The position numbers and the translations under genes are program-made. The notes under the pieces were generated by a model. It was not told where the DNA came from. It searched no databases and worked only from the letters and a program-made list of their open reading frames with translations. Shown here piece after piece: positions 9,985-18,584 of a stretch of 64,000 bases of DNA (position 1 is the stretch's first letter; every line of letters begins with the position of its first letter). The stretch comes from Pseudomonadota bacterium (GTDB lineage: Bacteria; Pseudomonadota; Alphaproteobacteria; Sphingomonadales; Sphingomonadaceae): positions 1,627-65,626 of the forward strand of contig JBCCJD010000003.1 of the NCBI GenBank assembly GCA_039027955.1, written 5' to 3'.

Positions 9985-11781
9985 ATGCTGCACGAACGCC
10001 GCCGTTCCCCCTTTCCGGCAGATCTGCTGATCCGGGTCGGAATTGCGTGGGTGCTGGTTACGCTCATGTTGGTGGCCGTCCATGCGATGAATGTCCCAAC
10101 CTATCGCTCGATGGGGCCTGATGACATGCTCCGGCTGGTCCAGGTGCGCGATCTGGTCGAAGGACAGGGCTGGTTCGATTTGCGGCAAACCCGCCTTGAT
10201 GCGACTAATGGCGGCGTGCCGATGCATTGGTCGCGCCTCGTTGATATCCCACTTGTGCTGATGATTTTAGCGCTCACGCCTATCCTTGGAGCCGGCGCAG
10301 CGGAAGTCGCGGCAGTGATGATTGTGCCACTGGTGACACTTGGGATTGCGCTCCTTTTGACGGCGCGGATTGCTTCGCGCCTGCTGGGCGATGAGGAAGT
10401 GACGCTCACATGCCTGATCTTCGCGCTCAGCATCCCGGTGCTGTTTCAGCTCGGCCCGATGCGGATCGATCATCACGGCTGGCAGATCGTCTGCGTGCTG
10501 GCGGCGATGAACGGCCTGATGGCGCGCTCGCCTCGTCTCGGAGGCTTGATTATCGGCGCGGCTATGGCGAATTGGCTGGCGATCTCGATCGAAGGGTTGC
10601 CGATGGCGGTGGCGTTCTTCGCGGTGTTGGCGTTTCGCTGGCTGCGCGATCGCGGCGACCGGGTCTATCTTCAAAGCGCCATTCAATCGCTCGCTGTGAT
10701 GAGCGCGGTATTTTTCGTCGCGACGCGAGGCTTTTCTGACCTTGCCAGCCATTGCGATGCGATCAGCCCGATACACTTGGCCCTGTTCGGATGGGGTGCA
10801 CTCGTGCTGACCATTCTGGCCCGGCTTGAGCCGATCCCGCGCGGCCTGGTGCTTGCGGGTTTCGCAGTTGCTGGAGGCGGAGCGCTTGGCATGATGCTGT
10901 TTTCGGCGCCGCAATGCGTGACCGGCGGGGGCTTTGCCGAACTTGATCCGCTGGTGGCTGAATTCTGGCACGCTAATGTCGATGAAGGGATGCCGATCTG
11001 GCAGCAGGAGCTCAAGATCGCGCTTCAGTTCGGCGTCACGCCCGCATTCGGCTTGTTCGCTGCGATCAATCTTGCCGCGCGATCACGCGATTGGTTGCGC
11101 CGGTTCTGGAGCGACTATGCGATCCTGTTGGCTGCCGCCTTTGTGACATCGCTGCTGGTGGCGCGCGCTGGTGCAGTCGCGTGCGTGCTCGCAGCTCCTC
11201 CGCTGGCGTGGCAAGTGCGCAGCTGGCTGCGCGCTATTCGGTTGATGGATCAGCCTTGGCGGCGCGCGTCAGCCATGCTCGGCGTTGCCTGCGCGCTGTT
11301 GCCGGTATTACCGCTGACTTTTCTCACAAGCGCACAAAAGGCGCAGGCCGCTTTTGGTGGGCCAGCGGTCGCGCCGGAACCCAAACGAGTATCCGATTGC
11401 CGGATTGCCGAAACGGCGTTGCTGCTCAAAGACTTGCCGCCGGGCGAGATGTATGCGCCGCTCGATCTTGCGCCGCGGCTGTTGCTGGCGACCCCCCATC
11501 GCTTGATTGCATCAGGCCACCATCGTGGGAGCGATGCAATGCGGCTGGTCATCGAAATCGCGGTGGGTTCGCCTGACGATGCGCGGCAGATCCTGTCGGA
11601 TCGCGGCACGCGGTACGTTGCAGTCTGCACAGACCTAGGTGAGCCAGCCTTGTATCAGCAGTCAGCGCCTGACGGCTTCATGGCTCGATTGATTGCGGAC
11701 GAACCTCAGCTTGATTGGCTTGAACCCCTCCCGGTTGCGCCCGGAAGCACGCTTAGGGCCTGGCGCATCAAGCCGGAATAA
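9985..11781 (+). CDS. Multi-TM membrane protein, probable GT-C glycosyltransferase (STT3/AglB-like topology)
   Basis: GPDDMLRLVQV after TM1, RIDHH loop motif, roughly a dozen TM segments, soluble C-terminal domain ending ...ARQILSDRGTRYVAVC; starts 4 nt after gtrA. Confidence 0.7.
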   Translation: MLHERRRSPFPADLLIRVGIAWVLVTLMLVAVHAMNVPTYRSMGPDDMLRLVQVRDLVEGQGWFDLRQTRLDATNGGVPMHWSRLVDIPLVLMILALTPILGAGAAEVAAVMIVPLVTLGIALLLTARIASRLLGDEEVTLTCLIFALSIPVLFQLGPMRIDHHGWQIVCVLAAMNGLMARSPRLGGLIIGAAMANWLAISIEGLPMAVAFFAVLAFRWLRDRGDRVYLQSAIQSLAVMSAVFFVATRGFSDLASHCDAISPIHLALFGWGALVLTILARLEPIPRGLVLAGFAVAGGGALGMMLFSAPQCVTGGGFAELDPLVAEFWHANVDEGMPIWQQELKIALQFGVTPAFGLFAAINLAARSRDWLRRFWSDYAILLAAAFVTSLLVARAGAVACVLAAPPLAWQVRSWLRAIRLMDQPWRRASAMLGVACALLPVLPLTFLTSAQKAQAAFGGPAVAPEPKRVSDCRIAETALLLKDLPPGEMYAPLDLAPRLLLATPHRLIASGHHRGSDAMRLVIEIAVGSPDDARQILSDRGTRYVAVCTDLGEPALYQQSAPDGFMARLIADEPQLDWLEPLPVAPGSTLRAWRIKPE

Positions 11782-12268
11782 AGTCGAGCGCGACCCCATT
11801 AATGCAGTGCCGTTTGCCAGTGGGGCGTGGACCGTCACCGAAGATGTGTCCGAGATGTCCGCCGCAATCGGCACAATGCACTTCAGTGCGCGGGATGCCG
11901 ATCTTGTAGTCCGTGCTGGTGCCGACAGCGCCTTTGTCGATCGCCTGGTAAAAGCTCGGCCATCCGGTTCCGCTGTCGTATTTGTGGGTAGAGGAATAAA
12001 GCCGGTTGCCGCAGCCTGCGCAGACAAACACGCCTTTGCGCTTTTCTTCATTGAGCGGCGAAGTGTACGCGCGTTCAGTGCCGGCTTGGCGCAGCACATA
12101 GAACTCAGACTTTGTCAGTTTTTTGCGCCATTGGCTTTCGGTCTTGCTGATGCGAAAGCTCTTTTTTGCTTGAGCGGGTTCAGCCCCGCAGGCGCCGAGT
12201 ATCGGAGCAGCGGCACTAAGGCCGAGCAAACCAAGAAACGAGCGACGAGGGGTAAAGCGAAAAATCAC
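11768..12268 (-). CDS. msrB: Peptide-methionine (R)-S-oxide reductase MsrB with twin-arginine signal
   Basis: GTERAYT, CAGC...CADC zinc ligands, SGTGWPSF, GHLGHIF, RHCING; N-terminal RRSFL. Confidence 0.95.
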   Translation of the reverse strand: MIFRFTPRRSFLGLLGLSAAAPILGACGAEPAQAKKSFRISKTESQWRKKLTKSEFYVLRQAGTERAYTSPLNEEKRKGVFVCAGCGNRLYSSTHKYDSGTGWPSFYQAIDKGAVGTSTDYKIGIPRTEVHCADCGGHLGHIFGDGPRPTGKRHCINGVALDFIPA

Positions 12269-12369
12269 AGCAAGCGTCCGATAACAAAAATGTCTTTGCT
12301 GGTTATACGGCGCACACTGCGAAAAAGTTTCACCTGACAGGCCGGCAGTCCGGACGCCTCGCGGCTTGG

Positions 12370-13707
12370 TCAGAAATCGGTGATCTCGACTTCGAGCTTG
12401 CGAAAGCCGTGCACGAAATTAGCGCGCACCCGTTCGACATCGCCCGCCACATGCACGCGCATGCGCCGTTTATGCATCTCTTCGAGCAGCACGCGCAATT
12501 GCAGTTCAGCCAGCCGCGCGCCAACACAGCGGTGAATGCCATAACCAAAAGCGATATGACGCTTGGCATTCTCACGCGTGATGTCGAGCTTGTGAGGGTC
12601 GGGAAAGACGCTTTCTTCGCGGTTTGCGCCGAGATACCACAGCACCACCTTGTCGCCCTGTTTGATCTGCTGGCCAAACACTTCGGTGTCTTGCGTGCAG
12701 GTTCGCCGCATATGCGCAAGCGGTGTTTGAAAGCGCAGACATTCGTGCACTGCATTCGGAATCAGCTCAGGGTTCTGCTCGAACAGCTTGCGCTGATCGG
12801 GGAATTTGTCGAGCGAATGGACGATCCCCGACATCGTATTGCGCGTCGTGTCGTTGCCGCCCACGATCAGCAGCACCAGGTTGCCGATGAATTCTTCAGG
12901 CCGCATCTGGTTCATCGCTTCGGAATGGATCATCATCGAAATGAGATCATTACCCGGTTCCTTGTCCATCGTGCGCTCGACCCACAAAGTCTGGAAATAG
13001 GCCGCCATCTCGTGGAGGAATTCCCAACGCAGCTCATCCAGCTCGCGCACGCCCGCCAGTTCGGTATCGCCTGACCAGTCCGACCAGAACGTCAGCAATC
13101 GGCGATCTTCCCAGGGAAAACCGAACAGGATCGCCAGCATTCCCGTGGTGAGCTCGATCGAGACGGTGTCGACCCAATCGAACACTTTGCCGCGCGGCAG
13201 CGTATCAAGCAGCTCGCCTGTACGCTGACGGATTTCAGGCTCCATTTCCTGCATCGCACTGGGCGTGAATTTGGGGGCTACGGTGCGGCGCTGGCCGGTA
13301 TGCTCAGGCCGATCCATTGCGATAAACATCGGCAGTTCACGGCGATCAGCATTGCTTGAGGCAATTTCTTCTTCGCTCAGACGCTCAAGGATCGTGATGC
13401 CGCCATATTTCCAACTCGATGAGAAAATATCGGGCAGCGCTTCGATATGCTGGATCGCTTTATGGCCGACCACCGCCCAATAGGGACCGTAAGGGCTTTC
13501 GGGAATATAATGGAGTGGGCCAGCCGCTTGCATTTCAGCAAAGATCGGCTGCCAGCGATCTTCGAAATAGATGTCCGAACGGCTGACATCCCATTTATGC
13601 GGATGATCTGGACGCGATTCGGGATGCTTTTCGTAATGCGCTTTGATCGATTCGTAAGCGCTCGGCGAATTGCGCACTTTCGGTCGCGCTGGTGCAACGG
13701 TGGCCAT
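12370..13707 (-). CDS. Cytochrome P450, CYP153-like
   Basis: MFIAMDRPEH, I-helix LLIVGGNDTTRN typical of CYP153, ECLR (ExxR), heme motif FGYGIHRCVG. Confidence 0.9.
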   Translation of the reverse strand: MATVAPARPKVRNSPSAYESIKAHYEKHPESRPDHPHKWDVSRSDIYFEDRWQPIFAEMQAAGPLHYIPESPYGPYWAVVGHKAIQHIEALPDIFSSSWKYGGITILERLSEEEIASSNADRRELPMFIAMDRPEHTGQRRTVAPKFTPSAMQEMEPEIRQRTGELLDTLPRGKVFDWVDTVSIELTTGMLAILFGFPWEDRRLLTFWSDWSGDTELAGVRELDELRWEFLHEMAAYFQTLWVERTMDKEPGNDLISMMIHSEAMNQMRPEEFIGNLVLLIVGGNDTTRNTMSGIVHSLDKFPDQRKLFEQNPELIPNAVHECLRFQTPLAHMRRTCTQDTEVFGQQIKQGDKVVLWYLGANREESVFPDPHKLDITRENAKRHIAFGYGIHRCVGARLAELQLRVLLEEMHKRRMRVHVAGDVERVRANFVHGFRKLEVEITDF

Positions 13708-13750
13708 GTTTATCTCCCATACCGCGGGCTCTTGCCTCTACGGATCAAGG

Positions 13751-13780
13751 GTATCCTGCCTGAACTTACACCAGTGTCAA
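13751..13780 (-). promoter_or_regulatory. Candidate promoter (-35 TTGACA) with overlapping near-palindrome upstream of the CYP153-like gene
   Basis: Perfect TTGACA on the minus strand at 13780-13775, overlapped by TTACAC-CA-GTGTCA (5/6 palindromic). The -10 element is weak. Confidence 0.4.
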
Positions 13781-13801
13781 TAGTGGGTTGCGAAATGGGA
13801 C

Positions 13802-15103
13802 TTATTCTGCGGGTGCCGGTGCCTGCGGCGCGACCGGTGCGGGCGTTTTTGCGCGGTGCGATTTCTTTTCGCGCCCGGCCCCGCCCGATTTCATCACGCG
13901 TTTCTTGAACAATAGCGAGCCGCCTTTGATGAGCGCGACCACGGCGATCGCTTGCCAGGTGAGTGCGAGTGCATGAGTCCACAAGGTCTCTTCGAGCGCG
14001 GCCCGCGCCATCATCGCAAATGGTGAGGACAGCGGGAAAACGACCGACGTCAACTCGAGCGGCGTGCCGATCTGACCAATGTTCGCAGCCGATAGGAAAA
14101 ACACCATGATCTGAAGCATCGTGACCGGCATCGACATTGTCTGCACTTCGCGCACTGAACTCGCCATCGCGCCGATCGTAAGGAACAGCGAGCCGAGCAG
14201 CAGATACGCCATGGAAAAATAGACGATCCCGAACACAATGAAGAGCGGCCAACCGACCGCAGGACCGGGAAGATCGCGATAATTGGTTTGCGTGACAGTG
14301 ACGATCGCCTCTTCGGCAACGGTCCAGAAGGCCCATCCGGCGCTTCCCCACACCGCAATTCCGACAAATGAGACGCCCAGCATGGCAAACAGCTTGCCCA
14401 TGAACACCGCATCCATCGGCAGCGCGGCAGCGAGGATCTCGATGATCTTGTTGCCTTTCTCTTCGGCCAGATTGGAAAGGACCATTCCGCCAAGCAGGAT
14501 TGTGAGAAGGAACAGCACCATCTGCGCAGCTTGCGCAGTGCGCACCCGATTGGTCCGTTCCGAAGCGGCGCTGGTCGCAACCACTTCGCTTGCGGCCTCC
14601 GGGAAGCTGTTGGGGGATGCGCCAGCAGCGGTGGCGGCAACCAGCTCGATCGGGCCTTTCCAGCGATTGATCTGACCTTGAGTGCCGACCAATTGCGGTG
14701 CGGAGAGCGTGCCGGTGATGATCGCAGCATAATTGCCTCGGCGTGCATCCATGAACGCTTTCGCATCGAACGAGCGTTCGGTTTGCGCTTCGGGAATCAC
14801 TGCGAGAACCGGGGCTGCACCGCCCAGTTGAGGGCGCAGCGTGTCGGCTGCCGCTGCCATCGCCGCGTTGTCTTCAGCGCTCATGGCGAGGCCGATCTCA
14901 ATGCTCACCGCTTGCGCTGAGACCGATTTACCGATGCTTCCCGCAAGCCCGCCGACCAGCACCGGGAACAGCGGTCCGATCAGGAAGAACAGGAAGGCGC
15001 GGCTGAACAGCACCGCCATAAAGTCGCGCCGAGCGATCACCCAGGCCGCTTGGAAAAAGGAGAGCCTTGCATTGGCCGGTGTTGAAGCGTGCTCGATCAT
15101 CAT
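13802..15103 (-). CDS. ABC-2 type transporter permease (NatB-like)
   Basis: N-terminal TM, periplasmic loop, EEKGNKIIEIL, VFMGKLFA, multiple C-terminal TMs; overlaps the ATPase stop. Confidence 0.9.
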   Translation of the reverse strand: MMIEHASTPANARLSFFQAAWVIARRDFMAVLFSRAFLFFLIGPLFPVLVGGLAGSIGKSVSAQAVSIEIGLAMSAEDNAAMAAAADTLRPQLGGAAPVLAVIPEAQTERSFDAKAFMDARRGNYAAIITGTLSAPQLVGTQGQINRWKGPIELVAATAAGASPNSFPEAASEVVATSAASERTNRVRTAQAAQMVLFLLTILLGGMVLSNLAEEKGNKIIEILAAALPMDAVFMGKLFAMLGVSFVGIAVWGSAGWAFWTVAEEAIVTVTQTNYRDLPGPAVGWPLFIVFGIVYFSMAYLLLGSLFLTIGAMASSVREVQTMSMPVTMLQIMVFFLSAANIGQIGTPLELTSVVFPLSSPFAMMARAALEETLWTHALALTWQAIAVVALIKGGSLLFKKRVMKSGGAGREKKSHRAKTPAPVAPQAPAPAE

Positions 15104-16101
15104 CCGTTTCCGCTTCCATCTGTTTCGAGCTGGCGCGCAGCAGCTTCGCCTGCAATCGCGACGAACGCATCGTGCAAGCCAGCGCGTTCAATCGATAGCG
15201 AGAGGATACCCGCTTCGCCTTCGATGAGAGTCTTTAGCAGTGGCTCAACTCCGCTTTCAGGGAGCGAGAAATAGAAGAAATCGCCTTCGCGCCGCGTGTC
15301 TTGCGGCAAAGCGGCGGTCCACCCACCTTCGCGTGCCCGGGTCTCCAGTCGCACTTGCGCGGGTATCCGATCGCGGGCGGCCTCAACACTTCCGGCATAA
15401 GGGACTTTGCCACCGGCGATGATCGCGACGCCTTCGCACAGGCGTTCAGCATGATGAATGACATGGGTTGAGAAGATCACAGTAACCCCGTCATCAGCGA
15501 GCGCGCGGATCATCCGCTCCAGCTTGCCCTGGTTGATCGCATCGAGGCCCGAAAACGGCTCATCAAGCACAACCAGGCGGGGATTGTGCACCAGTGTGCC
15601 GAGCAGCTGCACCGTTTGCGCCATACCTTTGGAAAGCTGGCGGATCGTGCGGTCAGCGGAATGCGCAAGATCGTGGCGTTCGAGCAGTTCGCGGCCGCGT
15701 TTGCGTCCTTCGGCGAGCGGCAATCCGCGCAGCGCGCCCATGAACGCGATCGCTTCGATCGCTTTCATCGCCGGGTATAGCCCTCGTTCTTCAGGCAGAT
15801 AGCCAATCAACCGGCCGATATCGTGCGGGCGGTCGTGCCCGAACACGCGCCTTACCCCTTCGTCTGGATCGATAATTCCCAGCAGCATCCGCAAGGTTGT
15901 CGTCTTGCCTGCACCGTTCGGACCGAGCACACCGTAAATTGCGCCTTCTCGGACAGTCAGATCAATTCCGTCGACGGCGCGTGTGCCATCGAAGTTCTTG
16001 ACGAGCCCGCGAGCCTCGATCGCGAGTGGGCACGGATCAAGCGCGATTTCGTTATCCGGTTGCGCGTATGTATGAGATGCCACGGGATCGCTTACTGCCA
16101 T
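15100..16101 (-). CDS. ABC transporter ATP-binding protein
   Basis: Walker A GPNGAGKTT, signature LSKGM, Walker B LVVLDEP, H-loop STH. Start at ATG 16101 inferred. Confidence 0.93.
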   Translation of the reverse strand: MAVSDPVASHTYAQPDNEIALDPCPLAIEARGLVKNFDGTRAVDGIDLTVREGAIYGVLGPNGAGKTTTLRMLLGIIDPDEGVRRVFGHDRPHDIGRLIGYLPEERGLYPAMKAIEAIAFMGALRGLPLAEGRKRGRELLERHDLAHSADRTIRQLSKGMAQTVQLLGTLVHNPRLVVLDEPFSGLDAINQGKLERMIRALADDGVTVIFSTHVIHHAERLCEGVAIIAGGKVPYAGSVEAARDRIPAQVRLETRAREGGWTAALPQDTRREGDFFYFSLPESGVEPLLKTLIEGEAGILSLSIERAGLHDAFVAIAGEAAARQLETDGSGNG

Positions 16102-16152
16102 TGGGGATGAAGAACGGTTAATGGGTGAGACTAAACGGGAGTAACCCAAAGC

Positions 16153-17277
16153 TTGGTTAACGAGGCGGCAAGTTCTGAATTAAGCACCCGGCTGGCTGAA
16201 GAAGCCCGCCGGCTCGGATTTGCTGCGCTGGGCATCGCCCCAGCAAGCGAGGATCGGCTGCGCACAGAACGGTTGCAGGAATGGCTCGGCGAAGGGCGCC
16301 ACGGCTCAATGGAATGGATGGAGCGTCGCAGCGAGCAGCGCCAGTCTCCCAATGCGCTTTGGCCTGAAGCACAAAGTGTGATCGCGCTGGGCATGAGCTA
16401 CGCGCCCGGGCACGATCCGCTGGCGTTATCCGCGCATCGTGAGCGCGCGACCATTTCGGTTTATGCGCAAGGCAAGGATTACCACGATGTCGTCAAGAAG
16501 CGGTTGAAAGCGCTGGCGCGCTGGCTGGTCGCGGCTGAGCCTCAAGCGCAAGTCAAAGTGTTCGTCGACACCGCGCCAGTGATGGAAAAGCCGCTCGGGC
16601 AGATGGCGGGGCTAGGCTGGCAAGGCAAGCACACGAATCTGGTGAGCCCGGAGCATGGCAGCTGGCTGTTTCTGGGCGCGATCTACACCACTTTGCGCCT
16701 TGCGCTGTCCGAGCCGCAGCGCGATCAATGCGGCTCGTGCCGCGCATGTCTTGATGCTTGCCCGACACACGCTTTTCCTGCTCCCTACCAGCTCGATGCG
16801 CGGCGCTGCATTTCCTATCTGACGATTGAGCACAAGGGACCTGTTCCTCACGAATTTCGGACGGCGCTGGGCAACCGGATCTATGGCTGCGACGATTGCC
16901 TCGCGGTCTGCCCGTGGAACAAGTTTGCGCATGAAGCCAATGCAATGCGCGCGTTTCTTCCGCGCGCTGAACTCGCCGCGCCGCGCCTTGCTGACTTGCT
17001 GACGCTCGATGATGCAGGGTTCCGTGCGCTGTTTTCCGGATCGCCGATCAAGCGGATCGGGCGTGATCGGTTTGTTCGCAACTGCCTCTACGCCGCCGGC
17101 AATAGCGGTGATCCGGCTCTGCTCGATCAGGCCGACTGTCTGATCCGCGATCCCGATCCGGTTGTGGCGGAAGCAGCGCGTTGGGCCTCTGCGGAAATAA
17201 AGCGCGCCATCCTAGCCTTACGAGCGAGCGATGACGCTGCTGCGATAAATCGCCAAGATCTCTCCGAACCGGCTTAA
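16153..17277 (+). CDS. queG: tRNA epoxyqueuosine(34) reductase
   Basis: [50 protein letters not shown] two Fe-S motifs. Confidence 0.95.
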   Translation: MVNEAASSELSTRLAEEARRLGFAALGIAPASEDRLRTERLQEWLGEGRHGSMEWMERRSEQRQSPNALWPEAQSVIALGMSYAPGHDPLALSAHRERATISVYAQGKDYHDVVKKRLKALARWLVAAEPQAQVKVFVDTAPVMEKPLGQMAGLGWQGKHTNLVSPEHGSWLFLGAIYTTLRLALSEPQRDQCGSCRACLDACPTHAFPAPYQLDARRCISYLTIEHKGPVPHEFRTALGNRIYGCDDCLAVCPWNKFAHEANAMRAFLPRAELAAPRLADLLTLDDAGFRALFSGSPIKRIGRDRFVRNCLYAAGNSGDPALLDQADCLIRDPDPVVAEAARWASAEIKRAILALRASDDAAAINRQDLSEPA

Positions 17278-18536
17278 AGCAGCTGCTTTAAAGGCACTTC
17301 GGTGTCGGCCAGCAATTCAGGATCGATTTTCTCGATACCCGCTTCGAGCAGCTTACGGCCCTGGACGTAATCCTTCATCGTGTTGACGCAGTCGAACGCA
17401 ATGGGCCGCCCTTCCTTCAGGTATACTACGGTGAACTTGCGCAACGCCGGATCGCCGCGCAGCACGGTTGCGTCATAGCCAAGATTAAGCCCCGCGGTTT
17501 GCAGTTTGAGATCGTACTGATTGGACCAGAACCAAGGGAGCGCTTCATAGCGTTCTTTCTCGCCCATGATCGCCTTTGCGACGGTGTTCGCCATGTCATG
17601 CGCGTTCTGGACCGATTCGAGCCTAATCACAGCGCTTTCAGCATAGGGATTGGAATGCGCTGCGCAGTCGCCGATCGCGTAAATGTCATCAAGCGTGGTG
17701 CGACAGCAGAAATCGACATCGACGCCGTTCGACCCGGCTGCTCCGGCGGCGATTAAAGGTCCAACTGCAGGGACAATGCCGATCCCGACAACCACCAGTT
17801 CGCATGGCAGCGTTTCGCCATCATCAAGCTGCACGCCGGTGACGCGCCCATCTTCGCCGATGATTTCGCTAACGCTTCGTTCCAGCCGCAAATCCACACC
17901 GTGCGCGCGATGTTCTGCTTCGTAAAAGTGCGACAGCTCTTCGCCAGCAACGCGTGCCAGCACGCGGTTCTGCGTTTCGACCAGTGTCACGTCGCATTCC
18001 AGTTTGCGCAGGACCGCCGCAGCTTCGAGCCCGATATAGCCACCACCGATCACCACCGCGCGGCGGTCTCCTCGATGGAGCGCTGCCATCATCGCATCGG
18101 CGTCGCGTTTGTCGCGGACGTAGAACACGCCTTTGAGATTGGCTCCGGGGGTGGGCAAGCGGCGCGGGTCGCCTCCGCCTGACCAGATCAGTTTGCGATA
18201 GACGACCGTGCTGCCATCGGACAACGTCACCCGATGGGCCATCCAATCGATATCAGTGACGGCATTTCCAAGCGCCAATTCGATGTTCTTATCGGCCCAG
18301 AATTTCTCAGGCCGGATCAAGATCCGTTCAAAGCCTTTATCGCCCGCGAGGTATTCTTTCGAAAGCGGCGGGCGCTCATACGGCGGGGCCGCATCGCGCC
18401 CGATCATCAGGATCGAGCCTTCATGCCCATGCTGGCGTAAGGCAATCGCAGCCTGCGCGCCGCCATGCCCTGTGCCTACGATTACGATATCGGCCTGACG
18501 CGCGCTGCCCGCCTCGGCTTTACCCTCTCCACTCAT
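17274..18536 (-). CDS. NAD(P)H:ferredoxin reductase (putidaredoxin-reductase family)
   Basis: [49 protein letters not shown]. Start at 18536 or 18572. Confidence 0.92.
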   Translation of the reverse strand: MSGEGKAEAGSARQADIVIVGTGHGGAQAAIALRQHGHEGSILMIGRDAAPPYERPPLSKEYLAGDKGFERILIRPEKFWADKNIELALGNAVTDIDWMAHRVTLSDGSTVVYRKLIWSGGGDPRRLPTPGANLKGVFYVRDKRDADAMMAALHRGDRRAVVIGGGYIGLEAAAVLRKLECDVTLVETQNRVLARVAGEELSHFYEAEHRAHGVDLRLERSVSEIIGEDGRVTGVQLDDGETLPCELVVVGIGIVPAVGPLIAAGAAGSNGVDVDFCCRTTLDDIYAIGDCAAHSNPYAESAVIRLESVQNAHDMANTVAKAIMGEKERYEALPWFWSNQYDLKLQTAGLNLGYDATVLRGDPALRKFTVVYLKEGRPIAFDCVNTMKDYVQGRKLLEAGIEKIDPELLADTEVPLKQLL

Positions 18537-18584
18537 GTGCGGAGAAATTGACCCAAAAGCGGGCGTCGTCAACCCGCGATTGCC

